Positions 1-11,208 of a stretch of DNA of 64,000 bases are shown in pieces. Origin of the DNA: Rebecca billardiae RCC1528 (taxonomy: Eukaryota > Protista > Haptophyta). Numbering within the stretch: the first letter of the stretch is position 1; each line of letters starts with the position of its first letter. Below the pieces are notes generated by a model. That model was given only the letters and a program-made list of their open reading frames with translations, was not told where the DNA came from and did no database searches. The stretch is from the NCBI GenBank assembly GCA_965240325.2, contig OZ251240.1, positions 496,001-560,000 on the forward strand. Direction: 5' to 3'. Position numbers and translations under genes: made by a program.

Positions 1-1770
1 CGGCAGGAGCCCCTGCGCCACCCGACGCCGTCCGCACATCGGCCAGCTTGCCGCACACGCGCTGGACCACGGCCTCGCCGCGCTTGACGCGGATGTGGTG
101 CCAGGTCGTCGTGCCAATCGTTTGGCTATCGACAACGGGCACGGGCACCTCGATCACGACAACGCCTGTCGCGTAGGCTGTGTAGCGATGTCCGTCCACG
201 ACTCCGTCGTGGGTGGACGGCGCACGCCATCGCGGCCGTGGGCGCAAGTGTCTCGTGAATTGTTTTTTTTAATTCACTAATTCGCCCAGCCGCTACATCG
301 AACTCGACAACGGTTGCTTTTACACCCGCGGTCTTTTGACTGTGCAAATGGGGCGCCGCCCCATCCTCAAATCCGAAGAGAACGAAGATGTAAAAGTGTC
401 TGGTCCCTAGATACTGTGCTGTCCGGGTCCCGGTCCGGTCAGATCTGAGCAGCCGGATTTTCCGCCCGGACAGGCCAGAAAATGGGATTTTCACCCATAT
501 GTACTCCGGATCCGTGTCCGTGATCAGACAAGAGGGCCTAGAGCCAGTAGAGGGGTCAGTCAGAGCCCCACTGTGGGGTGTGTGGCCCAAAATCCAACTG
601 CTTTCTGTCGTCTTGAGATGAGGAGCCCTCTTACAAACTTCGGGATGTCAATCATTCGCCTGAAATGACCTATGGGGTCACGCTGACAAGTTTTTTCGAT
701 AACATGTCGTCATACATACTGGAGATATAACTACGACCCGCTCAATCTCGACGCGATCTCGGCAGCATCACTTAGGGGAGATACACGACGATATTATTGA
801 TCTCCAAGGTGATCTCGTTATTTGCGCATCAGAATCGCACCGGCTAGACCACATCATTTTGGCAGTCTGAAATTGGCACAGGCGGATGATTATTATTATA
901 TAATATTCTACACCCTGCTACTACTGGAATTGAGCCTAAACGAACTTATAATAACTGAACGTCAGACTCAGTCTCAAACAGCAGTTATTACTAAACTGTG
1001 GAGATATTTCAGTTTTCGAGACGATTTATTCATCGTCGGCGGGAGATTGATCATCGATGATATATACGTACTACGACTATCAGTATCATGATCCGATCCG
1101 GGAGTGTAACCGGGCCCGCGGGCCCGAGCTCGCCCCCGACAGCTCATATGCGTCTCCGGGCGCCCGCTCGGCACGGGACGCCGGACGGCCCCCCGGCGGA
1201 CTCTGCCGGGCCTGGCCCTGGCCCGCGCGCCCGCGCCGGCGGCCCGGGTCGGCCGGCGCAACAACTAACAAGACTCAAGAGGCGCCCTGACCGACAGTTT
1301 AGTTTGAATAGTACTTTAGTCGTTAGTCGTACTCGGCCGCGCGTAACTACTTAGTAGCAGTGTCATAAGACCGCGTGCAGCAGCGCGGTGCAGGGCGCCG
1401 CAGGCTGCCGACCTTGACGGTCCGCGATCAGAACGGCCGGGCAAGACCGGCGCCGTAACGGCGTCGGTCGGTCGGCGCGCCAGCGCCGGTCGGTCGCGGG
1501 GAGATGGGGAATCGTCGTCAATCGACATGATCGGCACGTCGCGGCCGCGTGCCGGCGTGCCGGCAGGAGTGCGGGGGAGTCAGTCTGTGTGCTCGGAGTC
1601 TCTGATGAGAGGAGCCTGCTGGCGAGCTGCTGCTCGTCGGTCGGCAGCTGGCACGGGGCAGGCGGGATGCGGATCACGAAGCTGCCGACGCTGTGGTCGG
1701 ATTGGCAGTGGACACGCCGAGGGCAGTCACGGTCACGGCGCAAAGGCGAGTGCAGCTGGGCGGCGCCCGA

Positions 1771-3120
1771 TCATTCCTCGTCCATCGGCGACGACGGCCG
1801 GGGGAAGGACGCCACCGGGACGGGCGGCTCGACGACGCCTAGGCGGTGGTCATCGGCGATGAAGTCGAGATCGTAGCCAGAGACGGGAGGCAGTCGCGCA
1901 AAGGACTGATACGCGCTCGCCTCTTCGGGAGGCGGCCGCGCGTAGGAATGCATCGCGCTCGGATCACCGGCGGTCGGCGGTGCGCACACGTCCATGCGTG
2001 TCGTGCCCGCAGGCGACGCGCGACGCGGCCGGTGAGGCGCACCAAAGCCGCCCATCATCCCGCCCGAGTCGACGTGGTGCGACGGGTGGGGCGCGCCGGA
2101 AGACGACGACGCGCCGAGCGACTCACTCAGGTGGGCCAGGTTGCTCAGCTGGCTCAGCCGACTCAGGTGATCGAGGATGCCGCTGAGCGCGGCGCAGCCA
2201 GGGTTGGTTCGGCCGGCTGTGGCCGGCGCCGCGGCCGGCAGCCGCCCACCGTCACCCCCGCGGAGGAGCCCGGCAGCGCCGCGGCCGGCGCCCGCGGCCG
2301 TGGGCACCCACGGCATCTGGGGGGCTGGCGGCGGCGAATGCAGGGCGCGCTCGGACGGACCGGGCACCTGCGGGTGTGCGCCGAGGTGGGCGTGCGCCCC
2401 CGCGCGCGGCGGCGCGATCGGGATGGCCGTGGCGCGCATCGGGGCTGCGCGGCCGCGCGGCACCGCGGGCGGGATCCCGCCGTGGCACCCCGGCGGCGGG
2501 TTGCTCCCGGCGAGATAGCCGCCCTGGAGCGCCGTCGCGGGCTGAACCAGCGGGGCCGAGATGGCCACGGCCGGCACGGGCGGGCAACACGAGGCGCCAG
2601 AGCCTTGAGTGTTGGGCTTGAGGGGGGTGACGGAGACCAGAGGGCTCAGACTCGCCACGCGCGGCCGGGCCATTGGCTGCTCCGCGCCGGCGGGCATGGG
2701 CAGCGTCTTGGCTTGGGCCATGGAAGGCGAGTACGGCGCGCCACCGGCGCGGACCCCCTCCTCCTCGTCGTCGCCATCGCTCAACTCCTCCTCGTCGAGG
2801 CCGGTGCGTGCGCGCTGCCGCCGGTTCTGGAACCAGATCTGCACTTGGCGCGGCGTGACGTTGAGCTCACGCCCGAGCTGCTCGCGCAGCGGCAGCACCG
2901 GGTACGGGTGCTTCTTGTACGTCCGCTCCAGCACCCGCCGCTGCGCCCGCGAGATGTGCCAGCGCGTCGGTGAGTCGATGGCGCCCATGCCGCTCCCCTG
3001 GCGCTCCATCTGCGCGCACAGCTCGGGCACGACTGTCACCGTGGGGGGGGTCGGCGCAGCCCACGCGAGGTTCGCGCGGTTCGAGGACGATGTTGGCGGC
3101 TGCGGCGACGGCGGAGTCAT
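1771..3120 (-). CDS. Homeodomain transcription factor
   Basis: Homeodomain at ~2800-2975: RWHISRAQRRVLERTYKKHPYPVLPLREQLGRELNVTPRQVQIWFQNRRQRAR, with the canonical helix-3 WFQNRR. Followed by an acidic patch and a P/A/G-rich tail. First ATG in the frame is at 3120. Confidence 0.9.
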   Translation of the reverse strand: MTPPSPQPPTSSSNRANLAWAAPTPPTVTVVPELCAQMERQGSGMGAIDSPTRWHISRAQRRVLERTYKKHPYPVLPLREQLGRELNVTPRQVQIWFQNRRQRARTGLDEEELSDGDDEEEGVRAGGAPYSPSMAQAKTLPMPAGAEQPMARPRVASLSPLVSVTPLKPNTQGSGASCCPPVPAVAISAPLVQPATALQGGYLAGSNPPPGCHGGIPPAVPRGRAAPMRATAIPIAPPRAGAHAHLGAHPQVPGPSERALHSPPPAPQMPWVPTAAGAGRGAAGLLRGGDGGRLPAAAPATAGRTNPGCAALSGILDHLSRLSQLSNLAHLSESLGASSSSGAPHPSHHVDSGGMMGGFGAPHRPRRASPAGTTRMDVCAPPTAGDPSAMHSYARPPPEEASAYQSFARLPPVSGYDLDFIADDHRLGVVEPPVPVASFPRPSSPMDEE

Positions 3121-5236
3121 CCTCGCCCCTCTCTCGTCGTGCAGGTTGGGCGGGGCGTCGTCCACGAGGTCACGTCGGTCCGTCACCACGCGGCTTCAGG
3201 TTCAGGTTGCGCCGTCGTTCCCCCTCTCAGTCGCGTGGTTCGCTCGTTGACCGCTAATCATCCGGCTTGTCTCACACAGCGCGCGGCTCGCTCAATCTCG
3301 AGCCCAGAATTCGAGGGGAATAGTCAGCGTTTCGTCGCGGCTTCATATCCGACGAATGACCACGTGCATAAATGTCATATGGCGAAATGTGTACCCAATT
3401 AATATGGAAGTTTGAGACGAACATATCCGGGCCCTGATTGGAAGGTGGATGCAGGGGACCTTCGGTGGATGCTCATGAGATTCCGTGCTTACTTTGCGAC
3501 CCAACTGCCGATGTCCAAACCCACCAGAGGGAAGTGCAACCCGATTAATAGTGAAGCCGCTCGCAGATAGGCGTTGGCGTCCGCGGGAGGCGTCTCGGCC
3601 GACGACGATTCGCGAGATTTGATTATATTTCGAGGCTGATGATTAATCCTACGACCCAACTGCCACGCTTTCTGAATATTGAGGCGGTTTTATGGCTCAA
3701 CGGCTGGGTACTTTAAACAATTATTGTTCAAACGGTTTGTTCAAACGGTATGTCCGTATCACCGTATGTGCAAAAGAATCGATATGGGGGTATCCTGTAT
3801 CCAGAGGTATCAAGCCTCCCGGGCCGTCGTCGTCATCCTTCGCTAAGACACACACTCCTGAGCGCTCGCTTCGCGGTGCGGCAGGCCTTGGGCAGCCCAG
3901 ACAGACATGCCGCGACCGAATTGCCGGGCCGTGCGCGCACCACACCCGCGCTACATGGCCTGCGCGCTGGACGACTGAGAGGCAACGCCGAACCACTGCA
4001 TTCCACTGCCCCGCATGCACCCCGAGTCACCTTCAGAGGGCGTCGACGAGCGCAGAGCGGGTGCGTGGGAGTTCGACCAACTCGTGTACCTTCTTGCAAG
4101 CACCAGCGGCGAGGTCGCAAGCCGAACCTTGACCAGCCGTGGAACTTGAGCTGGTCGGCAGCAAAACCACCGTTTGAACCCGGATCAAGTTAGCAGCGTG
4201 CGAGGAGGAGGCGCGATGCGCGTCCGCGGCTGGCGAGAGGCGTCCGGACCGTGCCGTTCTCGGCCGCGCCCGCGCGCTTCCCGCCGCCGCGGGCCCCGCG
4301 TACGCCCGTCGTCGCCCTCGCCGCGCGGGCGCCAAACCGGCGTCAAGTTCCAACGAACGCCCCATATCTACTTCACTGGCGTGACTCAGCACTCAGTAGT
4401 CTTCGTCATCACACCGTAGTTCCGACTGACCGACTCACGCGGTATCGGTCACGTAAGTTACGCCGCGTGCGCAGTGCCACCAGCGAGTAATTGATACGTG
4501 CTGAAGTGCTGCCATCCGGTTGTGGCAACGACCTCAACTCTAGCTAGGCGCCAACCTTGGACCGTATCCGGATTCTGACCACGGATGATTCGTCCAAGCT
4601 TTAAGACCGGCGGCTTCAGACCGGAGAGTGCGGACGTCGGACTCGGAGTGAGCCTCCTCAGCTAGTGGCTCATCGACATCGGCTTCCGCTGCGGATCCCG
4701 CTCGCCAGTACACTGCTATGCGCGCGCAGCGCCGTGGGCCCCGTGGCCGGGCGCGGCGCGGGCCCGCGCCTGACTGACGCCGTGATGGGCCGTGAGCGCC
4801 GATCCGGCCGCGGCGGGCCCCGTCCGGCTCGACTGCGCGGCTCATTCGCGGCTGACACTTTAGTCTTTCGACAGTCCGCTGCGAGAGCGAGACACGCCAC
4901 ACGGTGACCGCCTATCAGCCCTAAGCCTTGAACCGACTGATGACCCGCAAGACTGAGCGCAAGACGTCCCAAGTCGTTTTATCAGCAGTTATATTTTTAA
5001 AAATATTATAAAAACCGCGCACTGCTCGCTCCTGCTAATATATAATTGCGCGTGCACTCCCCGTCCGGAAGGCGGCGTCGAAGCCGAATACCAACCAACA
5101 ACGGTCCGCGAGCACCGCCTGCACACGCTCCTTCATGCGATCTGCGCCGTGATGCGCACAGCGCATTTGCACTGTCTAGGAAGCCGCGCGCCGCGCGAGC
5201 CTCGCGCGGCGGCAAGCGACGCTGACGCCTCGGGCC

Positions 5237-7231
5237 TCAGTGATGGCCGTCATGCGGCATCACGTCGACAAGGGTGTGGAAGCGCGCGTTGGGCGAGACG
5301 GCGGCCAGATTGGACGCGCGCGAGGTGTACAGGCAGGCGTAGTCCTCCACCTGCTGGGCGAAGCGCGAGTTCTGGTACCCCGTTTTGAAGAGCTGCGGGC
5401 GGATGGCACGCGCGCCGCGCGGCCGGCCAGGTGTGCGGCCGGGGCCATGTGAGGAGCTCTCAAGCGCGCGCCGCGCGCACGCGCAGGCTCGCTGCAAGCC
5501 TCGCGCGTGCGCAGCCCGCGGGAGCGCGCGCACCTGCCCCCATGTCGGGTGGAACTGGCGGTGGTAGTCGAGGACCTGCTGCGCCAGCTCGGCCTTCGCC
5601 TCCGTCAGCTCGGCACGCACCGACTCTCGCGCGACCGCGTCTGCGCCGTCTGTGTCGAGAGCGCCCCCAAAGCGCTCGCGCTTGCTCGCTGCGTCGAACG
5701 CGCGCACCTCGAGCTCGGCCAGCTCGGTCTCGAGGGCGTGCAGCCGCGCGCGCGTCGAGGCGATGCGCTCGCGCAGGTGCGCGTGCTGCGCGCGCACGGC
5801 CATCTCCTTCTCCAGCTCGGGCACGACCAGCATCGTGCGCCTGTGCCAAAGCGCGCGCGCACACCGGTGGGGCAGGCGGAGCAGCGCCGGCCGCACTCAG
5901 CGCGCGGCCGGCCGGCGCGCGCTCGCCGGCCACGCCGCGCGCCGCACCAGCCGAGCGTGCGCTTGGCGCGCAGCACGTCTGAGTACATGTGGTCGCCCAC
6001 GTACAGCAGCTTGTCCACCGCCGAGAGGCCGAGGAGCGAGTGCAGGTGGTTCCAGTTGCCTACGGGCGCGACGCGCGCACGGCGCAGCGGGCGAGGGCGG
6101 CGCGGCGGGCGGGCGGCGCCAGTGAGGGCGAGGCGCGCGCGCAGCTTGGCGAGGGCGCGCGGCACCCGCCGGCGGGAGCGCACCTCCCTGGAACACCCTG
6201 CCCGCCGCGAGGATCTTGTGCACCGAGTCAGGCCCCGCCGCGAACGCCGCGTTCTCCAGGTTCGCCAGGGAGCCATCCTCGGGCGACACCCTGAAGATGG
6301 GGAGGTTGCCGTCCAATAGGAACGCGGGCTTGCGCGCGCCCACGATCACCACGTCGAAGAAGTCGGTCCAGTCGGTCAGGCTGTGCTTGGCGGCGTCGGC
6401 GGCGAGCAGGTGCTTCATCACCGCCTCCGTGTAGTCCCACAGCGAGTTCGTCAGCAGGAACACCTTCTTCCCCGACGCCCTCACGCGCAGCAGCAGCGCC
6501 GCCAGCTGCGGGTCTCGCTCGATGTAGCCGGCCGGGTTGGCCATCACCACGTCCTTGATCACGCCGTCGCAGTGGCAGAGGTCGACGGAGCGGCGCACGT
6601 CGGCGTACATCTGCGCGTACGAGCGCGTGATCGCGCCCGGGTGCGCGTCCGAGTACTCAACGAGCTGCGTGTACAGGCACACGTCGACGAGCAGGAAGGC
6701 CGTGTCGATGTTGGCAAACTCGGGCGGCGTGAAGGCCGGCCGCTGCGTGTCGTACTGCGCCTTGCGCTGCTCGGCGGACATCTCGGTGAGGCCGTGGTGC
6801 GCGACCTTGACGTACTTGTGCCGGTCCATCTTGAGCACGTTGCCCTGCGCCTTGTCGATCACCAGCCCGCGCTGGAAGCGGTGCTCGTCGTAGTGGAAGT
6901 CGCGCACCGCCTCCGGGTACCCAAAGTCGACCAGCCGCTCCTTGGCGCCGTTGTAGGCGAGCAGGTCGAACGGGCGGGAGACGTACTGGGCGAGGGTGTG
7001 GTCCATGTCGAAGCCGATCGCGTCGATGCGGCCGAGGTTCACAGCCCGGTTGCAGAAGATCGGCGCGCTGCCGCGCGCGGCGACCGCCGAGTCGAGCGGC
7101 GCCGACGGCGCGCCCGACGCGCGGGGCGGCGTGGGCCGATGGGCGGGCACGACGTGCCGGCCGAGCGTGACCGCAAGACACACGACGCGCATCGCGCGCG
7201 CCGTCCGCGACGACGGCGACGCCGTGCGCAT
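5237..7231 (-). CDS. HAD-superfamily subfamily IG (cN-II-type) 5'-nucleotidase, 4 exons: 7231-6184, 6059-5948, 5840-5534, 5392-5237 (~540 aa); possible organelle-targeting N-terminus
   Basis: Motifs IFCNR..L..IDAIGFDMDHTLAQY, FLLTNS, ARKP.F, VFQGG|NW, LYVGDHMYSDV, W|RTMLVVPELE, WGQ|LFKTG..SRFA.QVE.YACLYTS. Three GT-AG introns (6060-6183, 5841-5947, 5393-5533) join the three ORF-track frames without a stop. Start could instead be ATG 7192. Confidence 0.92.
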
Positions 7232-8854
7232 TTTTTGCCGATTGCCGGCGCGCGAATCGGCGCGGTGTGCTGATGCCGTGAGCCGTCGGCGAGAGGAAGA
7301 GCCGGCCGGGGCCGCGCGGGCGGGCGGGGCTCTGCAGCTGGGCCTTCTCCCGAGTCCCGGTCTCCCGGACTGAAAGACGAAAAGAAATGGCGGCCCGCGC
7401 CGTATGTACAGTATTCTTCTCGCCGAAGTACGGCATGGGTGCGAGAGGCCGCGGGGCGGCCGCCCGGGGGACCGGGCAGGCGGTGCCACAGCATTGCTGG
7501 CCGTCGGCCGAGCACGGGTTGCTCCGGGCTGCCGGGCGCGGGCAGCGGGCGGCTGATCAACGTGTGCTGGTCAGACGCCCCGCGAATATGGCCACTCCAA
7601 ATGTGCCCGACGGAGCCATCTGCTCTATCTTAGGCCGAGCCGCCCGCGCCCGGCGGCAGCGGAGTGTCGGTACTATAGCACGATTGAATAGTGTAGTCGA
7701 CGACTGATTGACGGTTGAGGCTTGAGGCGGCGGCTCGGCCAGGCCGAGCAGTCGGACAAGGCCGTGACACTAATGTGACATGCGTGCAGACTCAGACTCA
7801 GAGACTGTGACGACAGTATTCGGCGTACGCCGCTGTCGATGACGGCTCTGAGACTGGCGGCTCTGCACGCGTTCGATCCGTTCGGAGCCAGGCCGGAAGC
7901 GCGTACGCGGCTCAAGGGCGCGCCAGGCTGCGTGCTCATGGCGGCGGACCGTCAGTCCGTCACCGAGACACAGTCGCGCAGCCGGAGTCCGAGTCGGATG
8001 GACACATGAACCGATAGACAGATGGACTGACGTCTGACCGCGCAGGGCCGCGCCCGGCCGAGGTCGGAGCCCGGGAGTCACCGACAGTCAATTAAGTTAT
8101 GAAGTTACGGAGCGCAGACATAATATTGATCATATGAACGCGCGGCAGCCGGGGCCGCATGCATGATTAGATGCACGGCGGTAGTCGGTATGACCCGCGC
8201 CCGTTAGTGCTGGCGTTACGGCATCAATACGGCGTTACTTACGGGCCCGTTAATCATACTTATGATGGGTTCGCGGACGGCCGGCCGGACCGGCGCGGGA
8301 CCGCGCGGGTCAACTGGCGGCTCCGATTGCTCGGCCGTTCGAAAGTCAACCGTCAAACTTTAACTGGCACTTGGCAGCAACTACTAACTAGCAAGTGAGC
8401 CGAACCGCGGTAACGGAATCACGGAATAACTGTCTGTCAGACCGGGGCTTCCACGGGTTACTCTTATGATCATGAACAGGATGCTGCCGTCAGTGCCTGA
8501 CGGTGTCAGACAGCGCTGCCAGGAGTGACTAGTGAGTGCCGGCGGACGCGGTCCGCGGCAGCGGACGCCGTGCCAGCCGCGGGTTAGCAGCACTTGCTCA
8601 CCCGCGGGCCGTCCCGCAGCGCCGCCGAACACCACCGGGAGTCAGCGCGACGGTCCAATTGACTAGTCGACTGCCCCCTGAGCCGCTCCGGCGTGTCTAC
8701 CACCGTAGACTGACGAGGTCTCGCGCCGGCGGCCCACATGCACAGCTGTGCAAGGGGTGCGGCGCGTGATTGAGAATGTTGCGGGGATGCTGGGCACGCA
8801 GCTGCCGCCGCCGCCGTAGGCGGCTGGGCGCGCGCGCGCCGGCGGGCGGGGCGC

Positions 8855-9869
8855 CTAGAACTTGAGCTTGCCCGCGATGTTGTACTTCTCGAGCAGCGAG
8901 TGGTAGTACGGCTTGAGCTCCTTCGGGTCCGGCAGAGCGTCCGACTTGGAGTAGAGGTCGAACTTGTTGAACTCGTTCACCCACTTGAGCGTCTCCTCGT
9001 CGCCCGGGCCCATCAGGTGCTTGTACGCGCCCTTGTCGTGCCACGGGTAGAACGAGTGGAAGCGGATCTGCGGAGCGCACGCGGCGCGCAGGCGCGCGCG
9101 GTGCCGTGCGGCGCGAGGCATGAGCGACGCACGCGGGGCTGGCATGTGGGGCGGGCGGGTGCAAGAGGAGGGCCCCGCTCGGCGCGCACGCATGCGTGGC
9201 GGCGCGCACCATGTCCATGCCCTCCTTGGGGATCGTGCACCCGTTGTGCTTGAGCATCTGGAACATGTACTCATCGTGGCCCCACGACATCGTCAGGTTC
9301 TCGAGCCCGCAGCCCTCCTTGTAGATGCCAGTGGGCGTGTTGTACCTCGGGTCGTTGAAGTCGGCGTTCTCCTTGAGCTGGTGCGAGAAGACGATCTCCT
9401 TGGAGAACTCGCAGCCCACCGGGAACGTGTCGCCCACGACAGCCCACTGCGGCTCGCCCCACAGCGCGAGCACCTTGCCGATGTCGTGCAGGAGGCCCAC
9501 GAGGTGCATCCAGTCCTTATCCGGGTGCGCTGCGCGGATGCGCTCGGCCGTCTGGAAGTCGTGGATCGAGTTGGGCAGCGCCGTGTCGGGGTCGGAGTCA
9601 TCGACGAGCGTGTCGAGGAGCTCGATCGCCTCCCAGATCGTCATCTCGCACTTGTCGAACTTGAGCCACCGCGCGTGCCGCCCCTTCACAAAGTCCACCG
9701 TCTGGCCGACGTGCATCTGCAGGTACGTGCGCTCGACGAGCGCCTGGCGCTCCGAGTCCGTGTAGTTGCGGAACTCCTCGTCGGCCTTGACCTTGGCAGC
9801 GACGCCGCTCGGCTCCATCTCGACGAGCTCGTGCGCCGGGTCGACGTGGTGGGGATCGATCACGCGCAT
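8855..9869 (-). CDS. MIOX: Myo-inositol oxygenase, 2 exons: 9869-9210 and 9067-8855 (290 aa)
   Basis: FRNY, H..QTVDFV, LVDDSDPD, H.FQTAE.IR, LLHDIGK, QWAVVGDTFPVGC, MSWGHDEY, IRFHSFYPWH, FNKFDLYSK. The GT-AG intron 9068-9209 restores the frame. Confidence 0.95.
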
Positions 9870-11208
9870 GGTAGCTAGGTGGCGCGAGCGGGGAGGAGGG
9901 TGGCGGCGGCGGCGGCCTCCGAATCAAGGCACGCGGGCGTGACGCCTCGTTGGCCAACCAGAGAGCGGCGTGGCGACCTCGGTGACGTAAGCGGAGCGTC
10001 ACGAAGCCGTCTGACGAATCTGGCTCCGCATACGTTGTTACCGGCATTTACAAAAAAGAGCGCTCCAATCTCATAGGACGAACCTTCCCGACCTGAAACG
10101 TTCGAAGAAATTCCAGGTGAACTTGATGACTATGAATTCATTTGCGAGCGAAAACTTGGACATGGGCCAATGGCCGTTGCCAATCATGGCGGAGTAAAAG
10201 TTGCTTTCGGCTCGCGCATCGGGTCCTTGGCGCGAAGGAAGGCCAGAAGTGGACCTCAGAAACGGCCGGTCCGGACCAGCCAACGGTGGTGAGCAGTCGT
10301 GAGCAGCACTGGTCGTGCATGCTGCATGGTTCGCCGATGCGCACGACGAGCATCGCGTAGGAGATGGGCAGCCGATGAGCTTTCTCAGTTGGCGCGGATC
10401 GTTCCGCAACGGGGGCGTAGACCAGACAGCCCGACCGCCGTGAACGGATGAGCGCGGGTACGAGTGTGACATGTGAGGCTCGTTCGACATGAGGACGGAG
10501 CGTAGGAGTCAGGCGGAGGAGTCGGATGCCACGCTCGGGGGTATCGACGGCTGTCCGGCCGCCTGCCGGGCCGGCCGCGGCGCGGCGGAGCGCGGCGCAT
10601 TGGCCGCAGCCGCCAGTGGCAGCAGGCGAGACCGCGAGTCGGTCGGCAGCGGGCCGTCGGCGGGGTCCCACCGGAGTCGGTTCCTACAGTCGTCATGGCT
10701 CCATGCCGCCCGTGGCTCACTCGGCAAATGTGTCGTTGAATGCGCTTGGGACCGCCACCAGGCAGCCGCGGCGGCCCACATCAGTGAGCGGGCATTCCTT
10801 ACAGTGGCAACGGTGGCTCCCAGTATCATTGACACCACGGACGACGAGTGACGAAGAGGGCAGACTACATCATGATGATTCTCGAAGTCGAGGCCGGGCG
10901 GGCCGGGCGGCCCCGACCGCGCGAGGCGCTGCCGTGCTGCGGGGCGCGGGCCCGGGGGTGGTGTGCGCGCGGCCCGGGCTAGGTCCGAGCTGCTCGCGGT
11001 GTCGGTGAGCTGGCCGCTGACCAGCATTGCGCCTTTGGTCAACGTCCGCGGCTCAGATATACGCTCAAGGAGCCTCCGACGCGCCGGTGACAACTGACGA
11101 TGCCCGCGCGGCGGCTGGGCTCGCGGATCAGGCGCGCGGCAGGGCGCAGCAGGCTCTCTGTCGGCTTGCGAAGGACGTTCACACGGCATCATTATGCCGA
11201 TGATGCCG

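Noticed and set aside
1-262. Open minus-strand frame running off the window (…HDGVVDGHRYTAYATGVVVIEVPVP…), and a small hairpin at 255-277
   Set aside because: No in-frame ATG after the upstream TAA and no recognisable domain. The 7-bp stem is not meaningful as a terminator in a eukaryote.
3690-4400. Short ORFs on both strands, possibly a decayed gene or transposon fragment
   Set aside because: No recognisable motif and inconsistent frames.
8080-8670. Possible degenerate foldback (tgacccgcgc/gcgcgggtca; agtcaatt/aattgact)
   Set aside because: Matches are too short to separate from chance by eye.
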